This document shows positions 1 through 7,637 of a stretch of DNA of 39,345 nt, one piece after another. This DNA comes from an uncultured Candidatus Saccharibacteria bacterium (lineage in GTDB: Bacteria; Patescibacteriota; Minisyncoccia; Minisyncoccales; GWA2-38-27). The DNA lies in the NCBI GenBank assembly GCA_964408385.1, contig CAYOZF010000001.1:6003-45347 (forward strand). The letters are read 5' to 3'. The notes beneath the pieces are model-generated. The model worked only from the letters and a program-made list of their open reading frames with translations. It ran no database searches and was not told the origin of the DNA. Numbering within the stretch: position 1 is the first letter of the stretch; each line of letters opens with the position of its first letter. The translations under genes were made by a program, and so were the position numbers.

Positions 1-1957
1 ATAATGAAGAAGGTTCTTCTGGTTCTTCTGGTTCTTCTGGTTCTTCTGGTTCTTCAGGCTCTCCTGGCTCCTCTATTTCCGGCTGGCTATTTTTTGCTTT
101 AGGAGTTCCCATTACTCCATTTTCTCCCTCTCCAGAATAAGTGTACCAAGATAAATCTTGGTTTCTTTCCATTGATAATTTATCTTTATTATCGCCAGCT
201 GGCCAGTCTGGATCAGCTATAACCCTATCTTGGAGCTCACAATCTCTATTAAAAAGATATAATGCCTCATTGCTGTTATTTAATGCTCCTGTATAAACAA
301 AATCTGCTGTTATATTGAAAACCGAATCATCACTGGTTCTTTCTAAAAGATAAAATCCATTGGCCGGGATAATATTTTGACCAAAGATTATTTGTATCTG
401 ATTTTCTTTATCAAGAAGCTGCCAACCAGATATATTTATTTCTTCGTCGCTAATGTTTTTAAGCTCTATCCATTCGTTATTAGAAGAAACTTCTGTCCCC
501 ATCCAGGCTATTTCATTGATAATTAATTTATCCCTAAAAGGTTCTCCAAGAGCTGTAGTTGAACAATAAGTAATACTACCAGTGCCTAATCCTGTTCTCT
601 TTTTTTCAACAACAACTTCTTTAATTCCTTCCTCCTCTTCCTCCTCTTCCTCTAAATCAGAGTCTTCTTTTTCTAATTCCTCTTTTTCTTCTAGCTCTTC
701 TTCTAAATTCTCTTCATCATATTTTTCCTTCTCAACATCCTTTATTTGCCCATCAGTTTCTTCTCTTTGATTTAAAATCTCTTTTGCTTGTTCAGATAAA
801 ACCTTAATTTCCTGATTTATTAAATCAATTTTTTCTAAAATATCGTCGAGATCTTCTTCTCCAATATTCTCAGCTTGAACATCTGTACTTAATCTTTTTA
901 TTTCTACTTGGGCTAATATATCTTCACCTTCTTTTTCAATCTGTTTTATTAAATCTTCATCAGATAATTCTGAGGGTAATTCGTCTTCTTCTTGTTGGAA
1001 AATAACTTCTTTCTGGACTATTGAGGCTTTAAAGGGATTTAAATCAGAGAAAAAAGTTTTTATACCATTCCAAGCCTCTATTGCTTTATCTGTCAGTTCA
1101 TCAATCTTCTCTTTACTTATATCCAAAAATTTTGCTAAAGCACCTTCTAATCTCTCGAATGAATCCTCAATTTTACTGAAAAAAGTTGCTTCTTCAAATT
1201 CAAAATCAGGCACTGGCTCATCAAAAATAATCTCAATTTTAGGACTTCCTAACCAACTATATGAATTGCCGTCCTTTAACAGTCTTCCTTTTACCCTAAC
1301 AATAAAAGGGTTTAAATAATTTAAACCTCCCACCCATTGGTATGATAAATTTGGAGCGGGTGTCTTAATTGCATCAGATGAGTAAATCTCTATTGCAACA
1401 TTCCCTTCTTTAGAATCCACTGGCTTGTAGATAATAATATATGGTAATTTAAGCTTTTCCCATTCCTCTTTCCAGCCATCAACAAGAGTTGGATAAGTGA
1501 TATCTAAATTACCAGTCCCTATTTTAATTTCATTCTGCAATAACCATTCCATCGCATAATCTTTTGCCTGTTCAACGGTCATTTTTTCAATTTGTTTTAA
1601 AATATCACCTATATTTTGACTCAATAAAAAACTGCTTAAATCTAAAGTTATATTAATTACATCTTTTCCCACCTCCTTAAAAATAAACTCTGTAAAATCA
1701 GCAATAACTGCCTTAGAAGTAATTAATAAAGCTACCTCTTTCTCCGTTGAAAATTGACTCGAGGCTGTTATATTAATTGAACTATCCGATAAACCTTGAA
1801 GTAAAGATTTTAAAATAGCTTTATTGTCTTCTTCTCCTAATTTAATCTCATCTTTATATTCAGAATATAAATCAGCAAAAACAATATTTGGAAAAACAAA
1901 AAGCCCTGTTGTAAAAGTCAATACAAGGATTATTATGATAAGCTTCTTTGTCTCCAT
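1..1957 (-). CDS. Secreted lamin-tail-domain (LTD) protein; C-terminus lies beyond the left window edge
   Basis: Absent from the ORF track because there is no stop in the window. My reverse translation from the ATG at 1957 stays open to position 1. It gives METKKLIIIILVLTFTTGLFVFPNIVFA (signal/anchor) and a long acidic coiled-coil-like middle (DNA about 580-1000). Then comes LIINEIAWMGTEVSSNNEWIELKNISDEEINISGWQL, which is the LTD signature, followed by a (PEE)n tail. Confidence 0.75.
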   Translation of the reverse strand, partial: METKKLIIIILVLTFTTGLFVFPNIVFADLYSEYKDEIKLGEEDNKAILKSLLQGLSDSSINITASSQFSTEKEVALLITSKAVIADFTEFIFKEVGKDVINITLDLSSFLLSQNIGDILKQIEKMTVEQAKDYAMEWLLQNEIKIGTGNLDITYPTLVDGWKEEWEKLKLPYIIIYKPVDSKEGNVAIEIYSSDAIKTPAPNLSYQWVGGLNYLNPFIVRVKGRLLKDGNSYSWLGSPKIEIIFDEPVPDFEFEEATFFSKIEDSFERLEGALAKFLDISKEKIDELTDKAIEAWNGIKTFFSDLNPFKASIVQKEVIFQQEEDELPSELSDEDLIKQIEKEGEDILAQVEIKRLSTDVQAENIGEEDLDDILEKIDLINQEIKVLSEQAKEILNQREETDGQIKDVEKEKYDEENLEEELEEKEELEKEDSDLEEEEEEEEGIKEVVVEKKRTGLGTGSITYCSTTALGEPFRDKLIINEIAWMGTEVSSNNEWIELKNISDEEINISGWQLLDKENQIQIIFGQNIIPANGFYLLERTSDDSVFNITADFVYTGALNNSNEALYLFNRDCELQDRVIADPDWPAGDNKDKLSMERNQDLSWYTYSGEGENGVMGTPKAKNSQPEIEEPGEPEEPEEPEEPEEPEEPSSL

Positions 1958-1963
1958 AAAGTC

Positions 1964-2641
1964 TTATTTATTAATTCTAACCGTGCTTAAGATTTCATTA
2001 AAATGTTCGATACATCTCTCTAAAAATATAGTACTACTATTAAAAGAATAAATAGTGTTTTCTATGGGAATTTCTACTTTAATGTAAGCTTCTTCGACTT
2101 CTGATTCTAAATAATAATCTTCTTCTTTATCTTTATCCCTGAAATAAACAGTTCTGAGAGCTTCTTTACCATCTACCATAATTAGTTCGTTCTCCATAGT
2201 TTCATCATTCCCGTGAGGAGAAAATTCTTCGTCTTCTTTGATCATTTTTATAATATTCTTCAACCATTCTAGATCTGTGGTTGATTCTGGATTAACTTTT
2301 TCATAATCCCTTATTTCAACGCCAAAAGCACAGCCACCATTCTCCCTAATGCTTTCTATAAATCCTCCGTATTCATTGAACTCTACGGTAGGATCAAAAA
2401 TGCCAATACCACCCTTATCGTAATTCTTGATTGTCCAATCGTCTGGGACTTTAAAACTCAATCCGTATTCTTCATTTTTAATAAACCTCCCTTCGGAATT
2501 TTCTTCTATAGTATAATTTCCTATATATTCCAAAAAGGACGCGCTCTTTTGTTTATACTCTAGCCATAAAAAAACTCCTATTATAATGATTAGGAGCAGA
2601 ATAAAAACAATAAAAAAGAGCTTCTTCCTTTTGATTTTCAT
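1964..2641 (-). CDS. Membrane-anchored hypothetical protein (N-terminal TM helix plus extracytoplasmic domain)
   Basis: 225-aa ORF with anchor KKLFFIVFILLLIIIIGVFLWL. Its stop lies 6 nt upstream of the LTD gene start, so the two are probably co-transcribed. I do not recognise a family signature. Confidence 0.6.
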   Translation of the reverse strand: MKIKRKKLFFIVFILLLIIIIGVFLWLEYKQKSASFLEYIGNYTIEENSEGRFIKNEEYGLSFKVPDDWTIKNYDKGGIGIFDPTVEFNEYGGFIESIRENGGCAFGVEIRDYEKVNPESTTDLEWLKNIIKMIKEDEEFSPHGNDETMENELIMVDGKEALRTVYFRDKDKEEDYYLESEVEEAYIKVEIPIENTIYSFNSSTIFLERCIEHFNEILSTVRINK

Positions 2642-2675
2642 AGAAGTTATCTAGTTAAATTAATATTTATACTAT

Positions 2676-2703
2676 TTTATACCAAAGCTCTCTATATTGT
2701 AAA
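2676..2703 (-). promoter_or_regulatory. Sigma70-like promoter TTTACA-16-TATAAA for the 1964..2641 operon
   Basis: Read on the minus strand: -35 at 2698-2703, -10 at 2676-2681, about 34-nt leader. Confidence 0.45.
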
Positions 2704-2761
2704 GCGACTTCTGTGGAAAAACAACATAGAAGTAAGCTTGGCTTAGTTTAGCTTGGTTTTA

Positions 2762-2797
2762 TTATAAAAGCCCGGTGAGAGAGAATTTCATCGGGCT
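2762..2797 (-). terminator. Intrinsic terminator (stem AGCCCGATGA/TCACCGGGCT followed by a U-rich tail)
   Basis: Hairpin arms at 2769-2778 and 2788-2797. On the minus strand it is followed by TTTTATAAT. The stem is almost identical to the terminator at 3124-3154. Confidence 0.6.
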
Positions 2798-3052
2798 TCA
2801 TGTAGTGACTTAAACGATTCAATTGTTCTTTAAGAGCGTTTCGGTTATCTTGAACATATCAGTCATATCACTACATAATAAGTATAATTTTGAGCATAGT
2901 CATACCTCCTTTCCTGAAATATAAACCAATCAGTCTACAAAAAACAAAATTAACTTATCTAAACATTATTTTAAAAGAGCAATAAAGAGTATTGGAGCCT
3001 TGAAGGAGGTAAAGCTAGACCCCAATACCCGAAGTGTAAATCTATATACTAT
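2762..3052 (-). ncRNA. Candidate small transcript B (about 290 nt, promoter to terminator), carrying a 10-codon mini-ORF at 2871..2903
   Basis: Bounded by the promoter at 3060-3087 and the terminator at 2762-2797. The mini-ORF is AAAGGAGGT-ATG ACT ATG CTC AAA ATT ATA CTT ATT ATG TAG (MTMLKIILIM). An 8-nt anti-SD (ACCTCCTT, + coords 3003-3010) is perfectly complementary to the SD (AAGGAGGT, + coords 2904-2911). Confidence 0.3.
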
Positions 3053-3059
3053 TTTATTA

Positions 3060-3087
3060 ATTTTAACTCAATAAGAAGCGCTGTCAA
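3060..3087 (-). promoter_or_regulatory. Sigma70-like promoter TTGACA-16-TAAAAT
   Basis: -35 at 3082-3087 and -10 at 3060-3065 on the minus strand. Confidence 0.5.
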
Positions 3088-3123
3088 CCCTGTTATATTT
3101 TGCGTAAAGTCCGGCTTCACACG

Positions 3124-3154
3124 AAAAAAGCCCGATGAAGTTTTTTCATCGGGC
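3124..3154 (-). terminator. Intrinsic terminator (GCCCGATGAA / TTCATCGGGC, then TTTTTT)
   Basis: Perfect 10-bp stem (3130-3139 / 3145-3154), 5-nt loop, and a 6-U tract on the minus strand (A-run 3124-3129 on the plus strand). Confidence 0.7.
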
Positions 3155-3265
3155 CGACATACCAAAATATTAAATTTTCTGATTTTACAAAATCACTCCT
3201 CTAAAAATAAATCTTAACTTATAATCGTATCCTCCTTTCTCAAAATGTTATCCACTAAAAGGAAC
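3124..3265 (-). ncRNA. Candidate small transcript A (about 140 nt, promoter to terminator, no credible ORF)
   Basis: Lies between the near-consensus promoter at 3273-3301 and the strong terminator at 3124-3154. It contains SD-like AAAGGAGGA that can pair with upstream TTCCTTT. Only 3-4 codon ORFs are present. Confidence 0.3.
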
Positions 3266-3272
3266 TGTTAAT

Positions 3273-3301
3273 ATATTAATATAATAACAAAACCTTGTCA
3301 A
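3273..3301 (-). promoter_or_regulatory. Sigma70-like promoter TTGACA-17-TAATAT
   Basis: -35 at 3296-3301 and -10 at 3273-3278 on the minus strand. It starts immediately after the stop of the 3305..3766 gene. Confidence 0.6.
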
Positions 3302-3304
3302 GGC

Positions 3305-3766
3305 CTATTCCAATCTTTTAAAAGCTTTGTCTAACTGCTTCTCCACATCCTTTTCTTTATCCTGGCCGATTATTACCAAAACCCCCAATTTCTTTTTATC
3401 AGTCCAGAAAAGCGAGGAGTTGCCGTCTTTGACTATCCAGTTAACATCTTTCTCAATCTCCCCCACCTCTCCAGGAGTCACTAGCTCTAATCCGGTTCTG
3501 GCTCTTTCTGCTGCAGAAGAATCATCATAAACAAGCTTTAACAAATAGCTATTTTTGGCGATATCACACTTCTCCCCCTGTTCAGGCCTTTCTCCTCCAG
3601 CCATTTCAAACTTTCTCAAAGCAAGAGGGGTCAAAGGCTGACATTTCTTACTTAAAAGCTTAACTCCCAAAATAAATCCTAAAACAACAACTGCTAAAAC
3701 AACTATTATAATAGCAACAAGAATTATGATTTTTACTGCTTTGTTGTTCATAAGCATATAGGCCAC
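3305..3766 (-). CDS. Membrane-anchored hypothetical protein
   Basis: 153-aa ORF with TM anchor KIIILVAIIIVVLAVVVLGFILGV. The more likely start is MNNKAV at 3751, which forms an ATGA overlap with the stop of the upstream 681-aa gene. Confidence 0.6.
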   Translation of the reverse strand: MAYMLMNNKAVKIIILVAIIIVVLAVVVLGFILGVKLLSKKCQPLTPLALRKFEMAGGERPEQGEKCDIAKNSYLLKLVYDDSSAAERARTGLELVTPGEVGEIEKDVNWIVKDGNSSLFWTDKKKLGVLVIIGQDKEKDVEKQLDKAFKRLE

Positions 3767-5778
3767 CAGTTACAAGGCTTTTCATTAACCAAAATTGTTT
3801 CTGTCACTTCTGATTCTTGATAATCTTTAGGCGCTTCCTCAAGAAAACCAGGATCCCATTCACGGTATTTCTTTTCTGTAGTAAAGAAAACCAATGCCTG
3901 AACATCCAGATAACCTGTCTGCTGGGGAATAATCTTTGAATAAACAATAACCTCAGAACCAGGAGGCATTACTATAAACTTAGACCCAATCAGCTTAGTT
4001 TTAAAGCTTCCTATTAAAGAAGAAAGTCCTCCTTCCCATTTAAAGGAAATAGTATACTTCTTTTCTTCAATATCAAATGCATTGGATTCATAACCAGGAT
4101 AAAAAATACCAGCAGTTAAAGCTAGATTATAGTTTGAATCATTTTCAATAACAAGCCTGGCTTCAACCTCATCTCCCTGGGTTGTTTCTGGAACCTTACC
4201 AGCTGTATTGCCCTGGACTTCCAGCTCAACATTAAGGCTGGCGTCTTTAATAACAATCTGGCCTATTCCTCCTTCCATCAACTCATAAGCTTCTATATAT
4301 TCTTCTTTATAGCTTGTCTGGTCTTCATATATCTTTTCAATTACTTCCTGGTCTTCAACCTCCTGCTCTTTGTCTGAATAAGTCCTGATGCACCAATTCT
4401 CAACGCTGCAGACTCCGCTTGGACAATCGTAATTAAACACGCACTCTCCAGTTGCCATCCCTCCTCTATCGCAGACAGAAGGGGGCCTTAAAGGCATATT
4501 GTCTTTAGTCAAGCCTGGACTAAGAATAATAGCTCCTCTGGGAATCACTCCGGCTAAAGCCTCGTGAATATTGTAAATACCACTATTGTAATCATGGGCA
4601 TAGATATAGGAATAGCCGGGAAAACAGCAGAAACCGTCGATATAGCAGTCTGATCTGCAGCTCTTACAGGTCTCTCCTTGCCAATACTCACAATTTTCAT
4701 TACCACAGGATTCTTTTTCCTCTTCTTCTTCCTCCTCCTCTTCCTCCTCTTCTCCAGGAGCACTCCCCTCAGGCACTAAATCAATTGCTGATTCCAGAGC
4801 ACTTATTAATTCTGAATCTGAAACAGGTTCTGTGGAATAATATATTACCTGGACAAAAACAAAGTAATCCCTGATTGTGGTATAAATAAGGCCTGCTTCT
4901 ACAGTCATACCATAAAGCGAATACTGATAATTAACAATCTTTGCCTTATACCCTTTAACATTAACCTCTCTGAGATCGCCCCAATTAACCCAATCAAATC
5001 CTACATTGAATTCAGCTTCCATTTCATCAATCAAATCATCTGCTATTTCCCCTGCTCTGGCCTCACTAACTAATTGATACAACAACAAAAGAATATCTTT
5101 TTCATTAGTTTCATACATACCGGCCTGGCCTGCTTTAATCTCCTCTGTTGTTTCAACATCCCCTCCCGAAACAAAATCTGCTCCAAAGAACTTGTCAGGC
5201 AGATTAATCTCTTCTCCAGGCGGTGGTGGCGGGTAATCAACAGGGATACTGTCAATAAGATCATTCAGAGAGCTAAGCAATTCATTTAGAGAAGGCTCGT
5301 CTACGTAATCAACTATCTGGACAACAAGGAAATAGTCTCCAACTGCAGCAACAATAACTCCCGCCTCATAAACTTCTCCACCGGAATAAGCCGTGAAGTT
5401 AACTGCTACTGCTTCATAATTATTCCCCTGGTATGTATGCTCTACATCCCATTCAACCTTGTCAAACATTGAACCATACTCTGCCTTAAGGTCATCAATA
5501 AAGAAATTTTTGCTCTCCTTAGCAAGCTCCTTACTGCTGAGCTTCCAGAAAAGAATACTGACATCTTGCTCTTCGCTCTGATAATAAGCAGTCAGGCCTT
5601 CAACTAAGTATTCGTCAGGAATCTCTTCATAAACAGAGACTAGAACAGCGCCATTCAAGGAATCAGGCAAAACACTTTCAGACAAGGCAGAAGCAAAAAA
5701 ATAGGGATAAATTAAAATCCCCATAACAAATAAGGCTATACCAAAAATAAAAAAAGCAAATAATTTAATCCTAGCCAT
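3748..5778 (-). CDS. Large anchored or secreted protein: tandem duplicated domain, 12-Glu linker, Cys-rich module, C-terminal beta-rich domain
   Basis: The track ORF is 3748..5793 with a TTG start. I prefer the ATG at 5778 (MARIKLFAFFIFGIALFV), which lies 6 nt downstream of a TATAAT box (5785-5790). Evidence for the internal duplication is given in the findings. Confidence 0.65.
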   Translation of the reverse strand: MARIKLFAFFIFGIALFVMGILIYPYFFASALSESVLPDSLNGAVLVSVYEEIPDEYLVEGLTAYYQSEEQDVSILFWKLSSKELAKESKNFFIDDLKAEYGSMFDKVEWDVEHTYQGNNYEAVAVNFTAYSGGEVYEAGVIVAAVGDYFLVVQIVDYVDEPSLNELLSSLNDLIDSIPVDYPPPPPGEEINLPDKFFGADFVSGGDVETTEEIKAGQAGMYETNEKDILLLLYQLVSEARAGEIADDLIDEMEAEFNVGFDWVNWGDLREVNVKGYKAKIVNYQYSLYGMTVEAGLIYTTIRDYFVFVQVIYYSTEPVSDSELISALESAIDLVPEGSAPGEEEEEEEEEEEEKESCGNENCEYWQGETCKSCRSDCYIDGFCCFPGYSYIYAHDYNSGIYNIHEALAGVIPRGAIILSPGLTKDNMPLRPPSVCDRGGMATGECVFNYDCPSGVCSVENWCIRTYSDKEQEVEDQEVIEKIYEDQTSYKEEYIEAYELMEGGIGQIVIKDASLNVELEVQGNTAGKVPETTQGDEVEARLVIENDSNYNLALTAGIFYPGYESNAFDIEEKKYTISFKWEGGLSSLIGSFKTKLIGSKFIVMPPGSEVIVYSKIIPQQTGYLDVQALVFFTTEKKYREWDPGFLEEAPKDYQESEVTETILVNEKPCNWWPICL

Positions 5779-5831
5779 TATTATATTATACAACTTGTGC
5801 TAAAATAACTCTTGTGGAAAACCTCTAGGGC

Positions 5832-5860
5832 TTGATTTTATTTTCCTATTATGGTATAGT
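5832..5860 (+). promoter_or_regulatory. Promoter TTGATT-17-TATAGT, 8 nt upstream of the ATG at 5869 (leaderless geometry)
   Basis: -35 at 5832-5837 and -10 at 5855-5860. There is no SD. Confidence 0.5.
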
Positions 5861-5868
5861 ATAGACAT

Positions 5869-6807
5869 ATGAAAGTTGTAGCTATTGTTGCAATTATCTT
5901 AATAGGGGTTGTTATGTATGCGTTCTTTGACCTATATCTAAGGGAAAACTTTCCTAACGGTCTTTGGTTGGTAAGCAAAGAACAGTCTGCCCAGTCAAGC
6001 AACTGGCTTTCTAATCTTTTATCAGGCTCAGAAACAGATTCTAATTCAGGGAACTCAACTGCTTCAACTGATTATTCAAATAATTCTAATTCAGGCCCTT
6101 CTAATAATTATATTCCAGGAACTTCTACTCCTAAGAAAGAAGAGCCTGCAAAGCCTGTTATTTCTCCTTATTACGGATTAGCAGAAATCCAGAGCGTAAA
6201 AGCAGAAAACTCTTATCATGTTTCCTTGATTACCTTAAGCGTCAGACCAAGACAAGGAGAAAATATAAATATAACTGGCTGGACTGTTAAAACAAGAAGG
6301 GGCGGAGCTATTATTCCTCAGGCAATGGAATACTACCAAAGCTCTTACATTCCCCATAATATTATTATCAGGGAATATAATACTATTTATTTAATAGGCG
6401 CTAAAAGCCCCTTGGGCTCTGACAGGAGCTTCAGGTTAAACACCTGCTTTGGCTATTTATCTAAATCCAGGAACTTTTATCCTTCTGTTTATACTAGTTG
6501 TCCTAAATTAGAACTGGAAGAGCTTTATCATCTCAAACCTTACTGCCAGGATTTTCTCTTGCGTTCCTACGGCTGTAAAATGCCTGACTATTCTGAAGAC
6601 TTCAAAGTATCAACTGACTCCCAATGCGTGGAATATATCCTTGACTATTTCACCTATTCTGGCTGTTATAAGAATCACTATCAGGAGGATAATTTCCTCT
6701 ACGATTACTGGTATGTTTACCTTAACAGGAATATTGTAGAGCCTCTCCACGATGTAATCTACCTTTATGACCAGAATGGATTGCTAATAGATGAATATAT
6801 TTATTAA
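5869..6807 (+). CDS. Anchored protein with a Ser/Asn-rich linker, an LTD-like domain and a Cys-rich C-terminal region
   Basis: 312 aa. N-terminal TM helix, then SNSGNSTASTDYSNNSNSGPSNN. The segment AEIQSVKAENSYHVSLITLSVRPRQGENINITGWTVKT resembles the LTD core (x-I-T-G-W). There are 7 Cys in the last 130 aa. Confidence 0.55.
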   Translation: MKVVAIVAIILIGVVMYAFFDLYLRENFPNGLWLVSKEQSAQSSNWLSNLLSGSETDSNSGNSTASTDYSNNSNSGPSNNYIPGTSTPKKEEPAKPVISPYYGLAEIQSVKAENSYHVSLITLSVRPRQGENINITGWTVKTRRGGAIIPQAMEYYQSSYIPHNIIIREYNTIYLIGAKSPLGSDRSFRLNTCFGYLSKSRNFYPSVYTSCPKLELEELYHLKPYCQDFLLRSYGCKMPDYSEDFKVSTDSQCVEYILDYFTYSGCYKNHYQEDNFLYDYWYVYLNRNIVEPLHDVIYLYDQNGLLIDEYIY

Positions 6808-6838
6808 AAAAAGCGTGATTTAACATCACGCTTTAATT
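6806..6838. terminator. Bidirectional hairpin terminator between convergent genes
   Basis: AAGCGTGAT (6811-6819) pairs with ATCACGCTT (6825-6833). The stem is flanked by an A-run on the left and T-rich sequence on the right. Confidence 0.6.
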
Positions 6839-6842
6839 CTAA

Positions 6843-7355
6843 TTAAGAAAGAAAATCTCCCTCAAGATTAGACTGAAGATTAGCCCATTCGTTATAGGCT
6901 TTACCTATACACATATCAGCCACAAGACCAGAAAACATCTTGTCAAAATGTGGTTGAAAGCCAGAACAAGCTACAACAATACCCTGTCGTTTTACACCAC
7001 CCCACCAAGGAGTATCTTCTGGAAAAAGCAAGTGTGGTATACAATCTGTTCGGCCATCATTTCTTCCGTGCCATAACTGAAGAGCTTTGCACTGAGCGAT
7101 CTCGTCAAATTTATGTTCCCATTTATTTTTATCACCAGAACTAAACTCATAAAGAATACTCGGTTCAACAAGATAGTTCGGATAATCCAAACGATCTACC
7201 TTCATAGATGGAACTAAAATGACCATATGGAAGTCTAAATGTTTCAATTCTTTCTTGTCAAAAAGATCTGCAATAATATTCAAAACATACGCAATACTGT
7301 CTCCAGCTATCTTTTCGGTAAGAAAATAGGGTTTAAGTATTATGTCTCCTTTCAA
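6843..7355 (-). CDS. Hypothetical protein, possibly GlcG/DUF336-like
   Basis: 170 aa. WWGGVKRQGIVVACSGFQPHFD resembles, from memory, the GGxPI..G.vIGAIGVSG core of GlcG/HbpS-type proteins. The start is TTG with no clear SD, so the start coordinate is uncertain. Confidence 0.4.
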   Translation of the reverse strand: MKGDIILKPYFLTEKIAGDSIAYVLNIIADLFDKKELKHLDFHMVILVPSMKVDRLDYPNYLVEPSILYEFSSGDKNKWEHKFDEIAQCKALQLWHGRNDGRTDCIPHLLFPEDTPWWGGVKRQGIVVACSGFQPHFDKMFSGLVADMCIGKAYNEWANLQSNLEGDFLS

Positions 7356-7396
7356 TCTATATTTTATTGTTAATTGACTAATTTAAACTATACTGA

Positions 7397-7425
7397 ATAT
7401 TACCATTAATAATCAAATTAGTCAA
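7397..7425 (-). promoter_or_regulatory. Promoter TTGACT-17-TAATAT for 6843..7355
   Basis: -35 at 7420-7425 and -10 at 7397-7402 on the minus strand. The -35 lies 1 nt from the end of repeat copy 1. Confidence 0.55.
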
Positions 7426-7426
7426 C

Positions 7427-7510
7427 AAAAAGTTCTAACCGTCCTACTTGGGGTATTAAATTTAAGTTCAATTTTAGCTGCTCCCCCTACTGGACGCACT
7501 TAGAACTTTT
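7427..7510. repeat. Hairpin or MITE-like element, copy 1 (the first 58 bp are identical to 8973-9030)
   Basis: 7427-7484 is identical to 8973-9030. The termini are inverted repeats: AAAAGTTCTAA (7428-7438) pairs with TTAGAACTTTT (7500-7510). Internal GTCC/GGAC and GGGG/CCCC pairs are also present. Confidence 0.8.
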
Positions 7511-7595
7511 GATTGGAGGAAGATGAGGGAAGAACTGGAGGATTTTTTTATAAAAGTGCCTATTTTTGGACGATATTAGAATCTGTTTTGTAAAA

Positions 7596-7637
7596 TAAAA
7601 GCCCGTTATAATATATCTTACTAATCGGGCTTTTTTT
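7596..7637. terminator. Bidirectional hairpin overlapping the stop of 7621..8208
   Basis: AAAAGCCCG ... CGGGCTTTTTTT with a 20-nt loop. The large loop makes it a weaker call. Confidence 0.45.

Noticed and set aside
582-770. Plus-strand 62-aa Ser/Phe-rich ORF, and the similar plus-strand ORFs at 1824..2051, 3327..3530 and 5074..5289.
   Set aside because: They lie antisense to long, well-supported minus-strand genes. They are low-complexity mirror frames of Glu/Lys-rich coding sequence and have no start signals.
7523-7579. Plus-strand 18-codon ORF (MREELEDFFIKVPIFGRY) preceded by GGAGG and followed by a hairpin with a T-run.
   Set aside because: The SD-to-ATG spacing is only 3 nt. The purine-rich tract may simply be the complement of a CT-rich spacer. 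There is no independent support.
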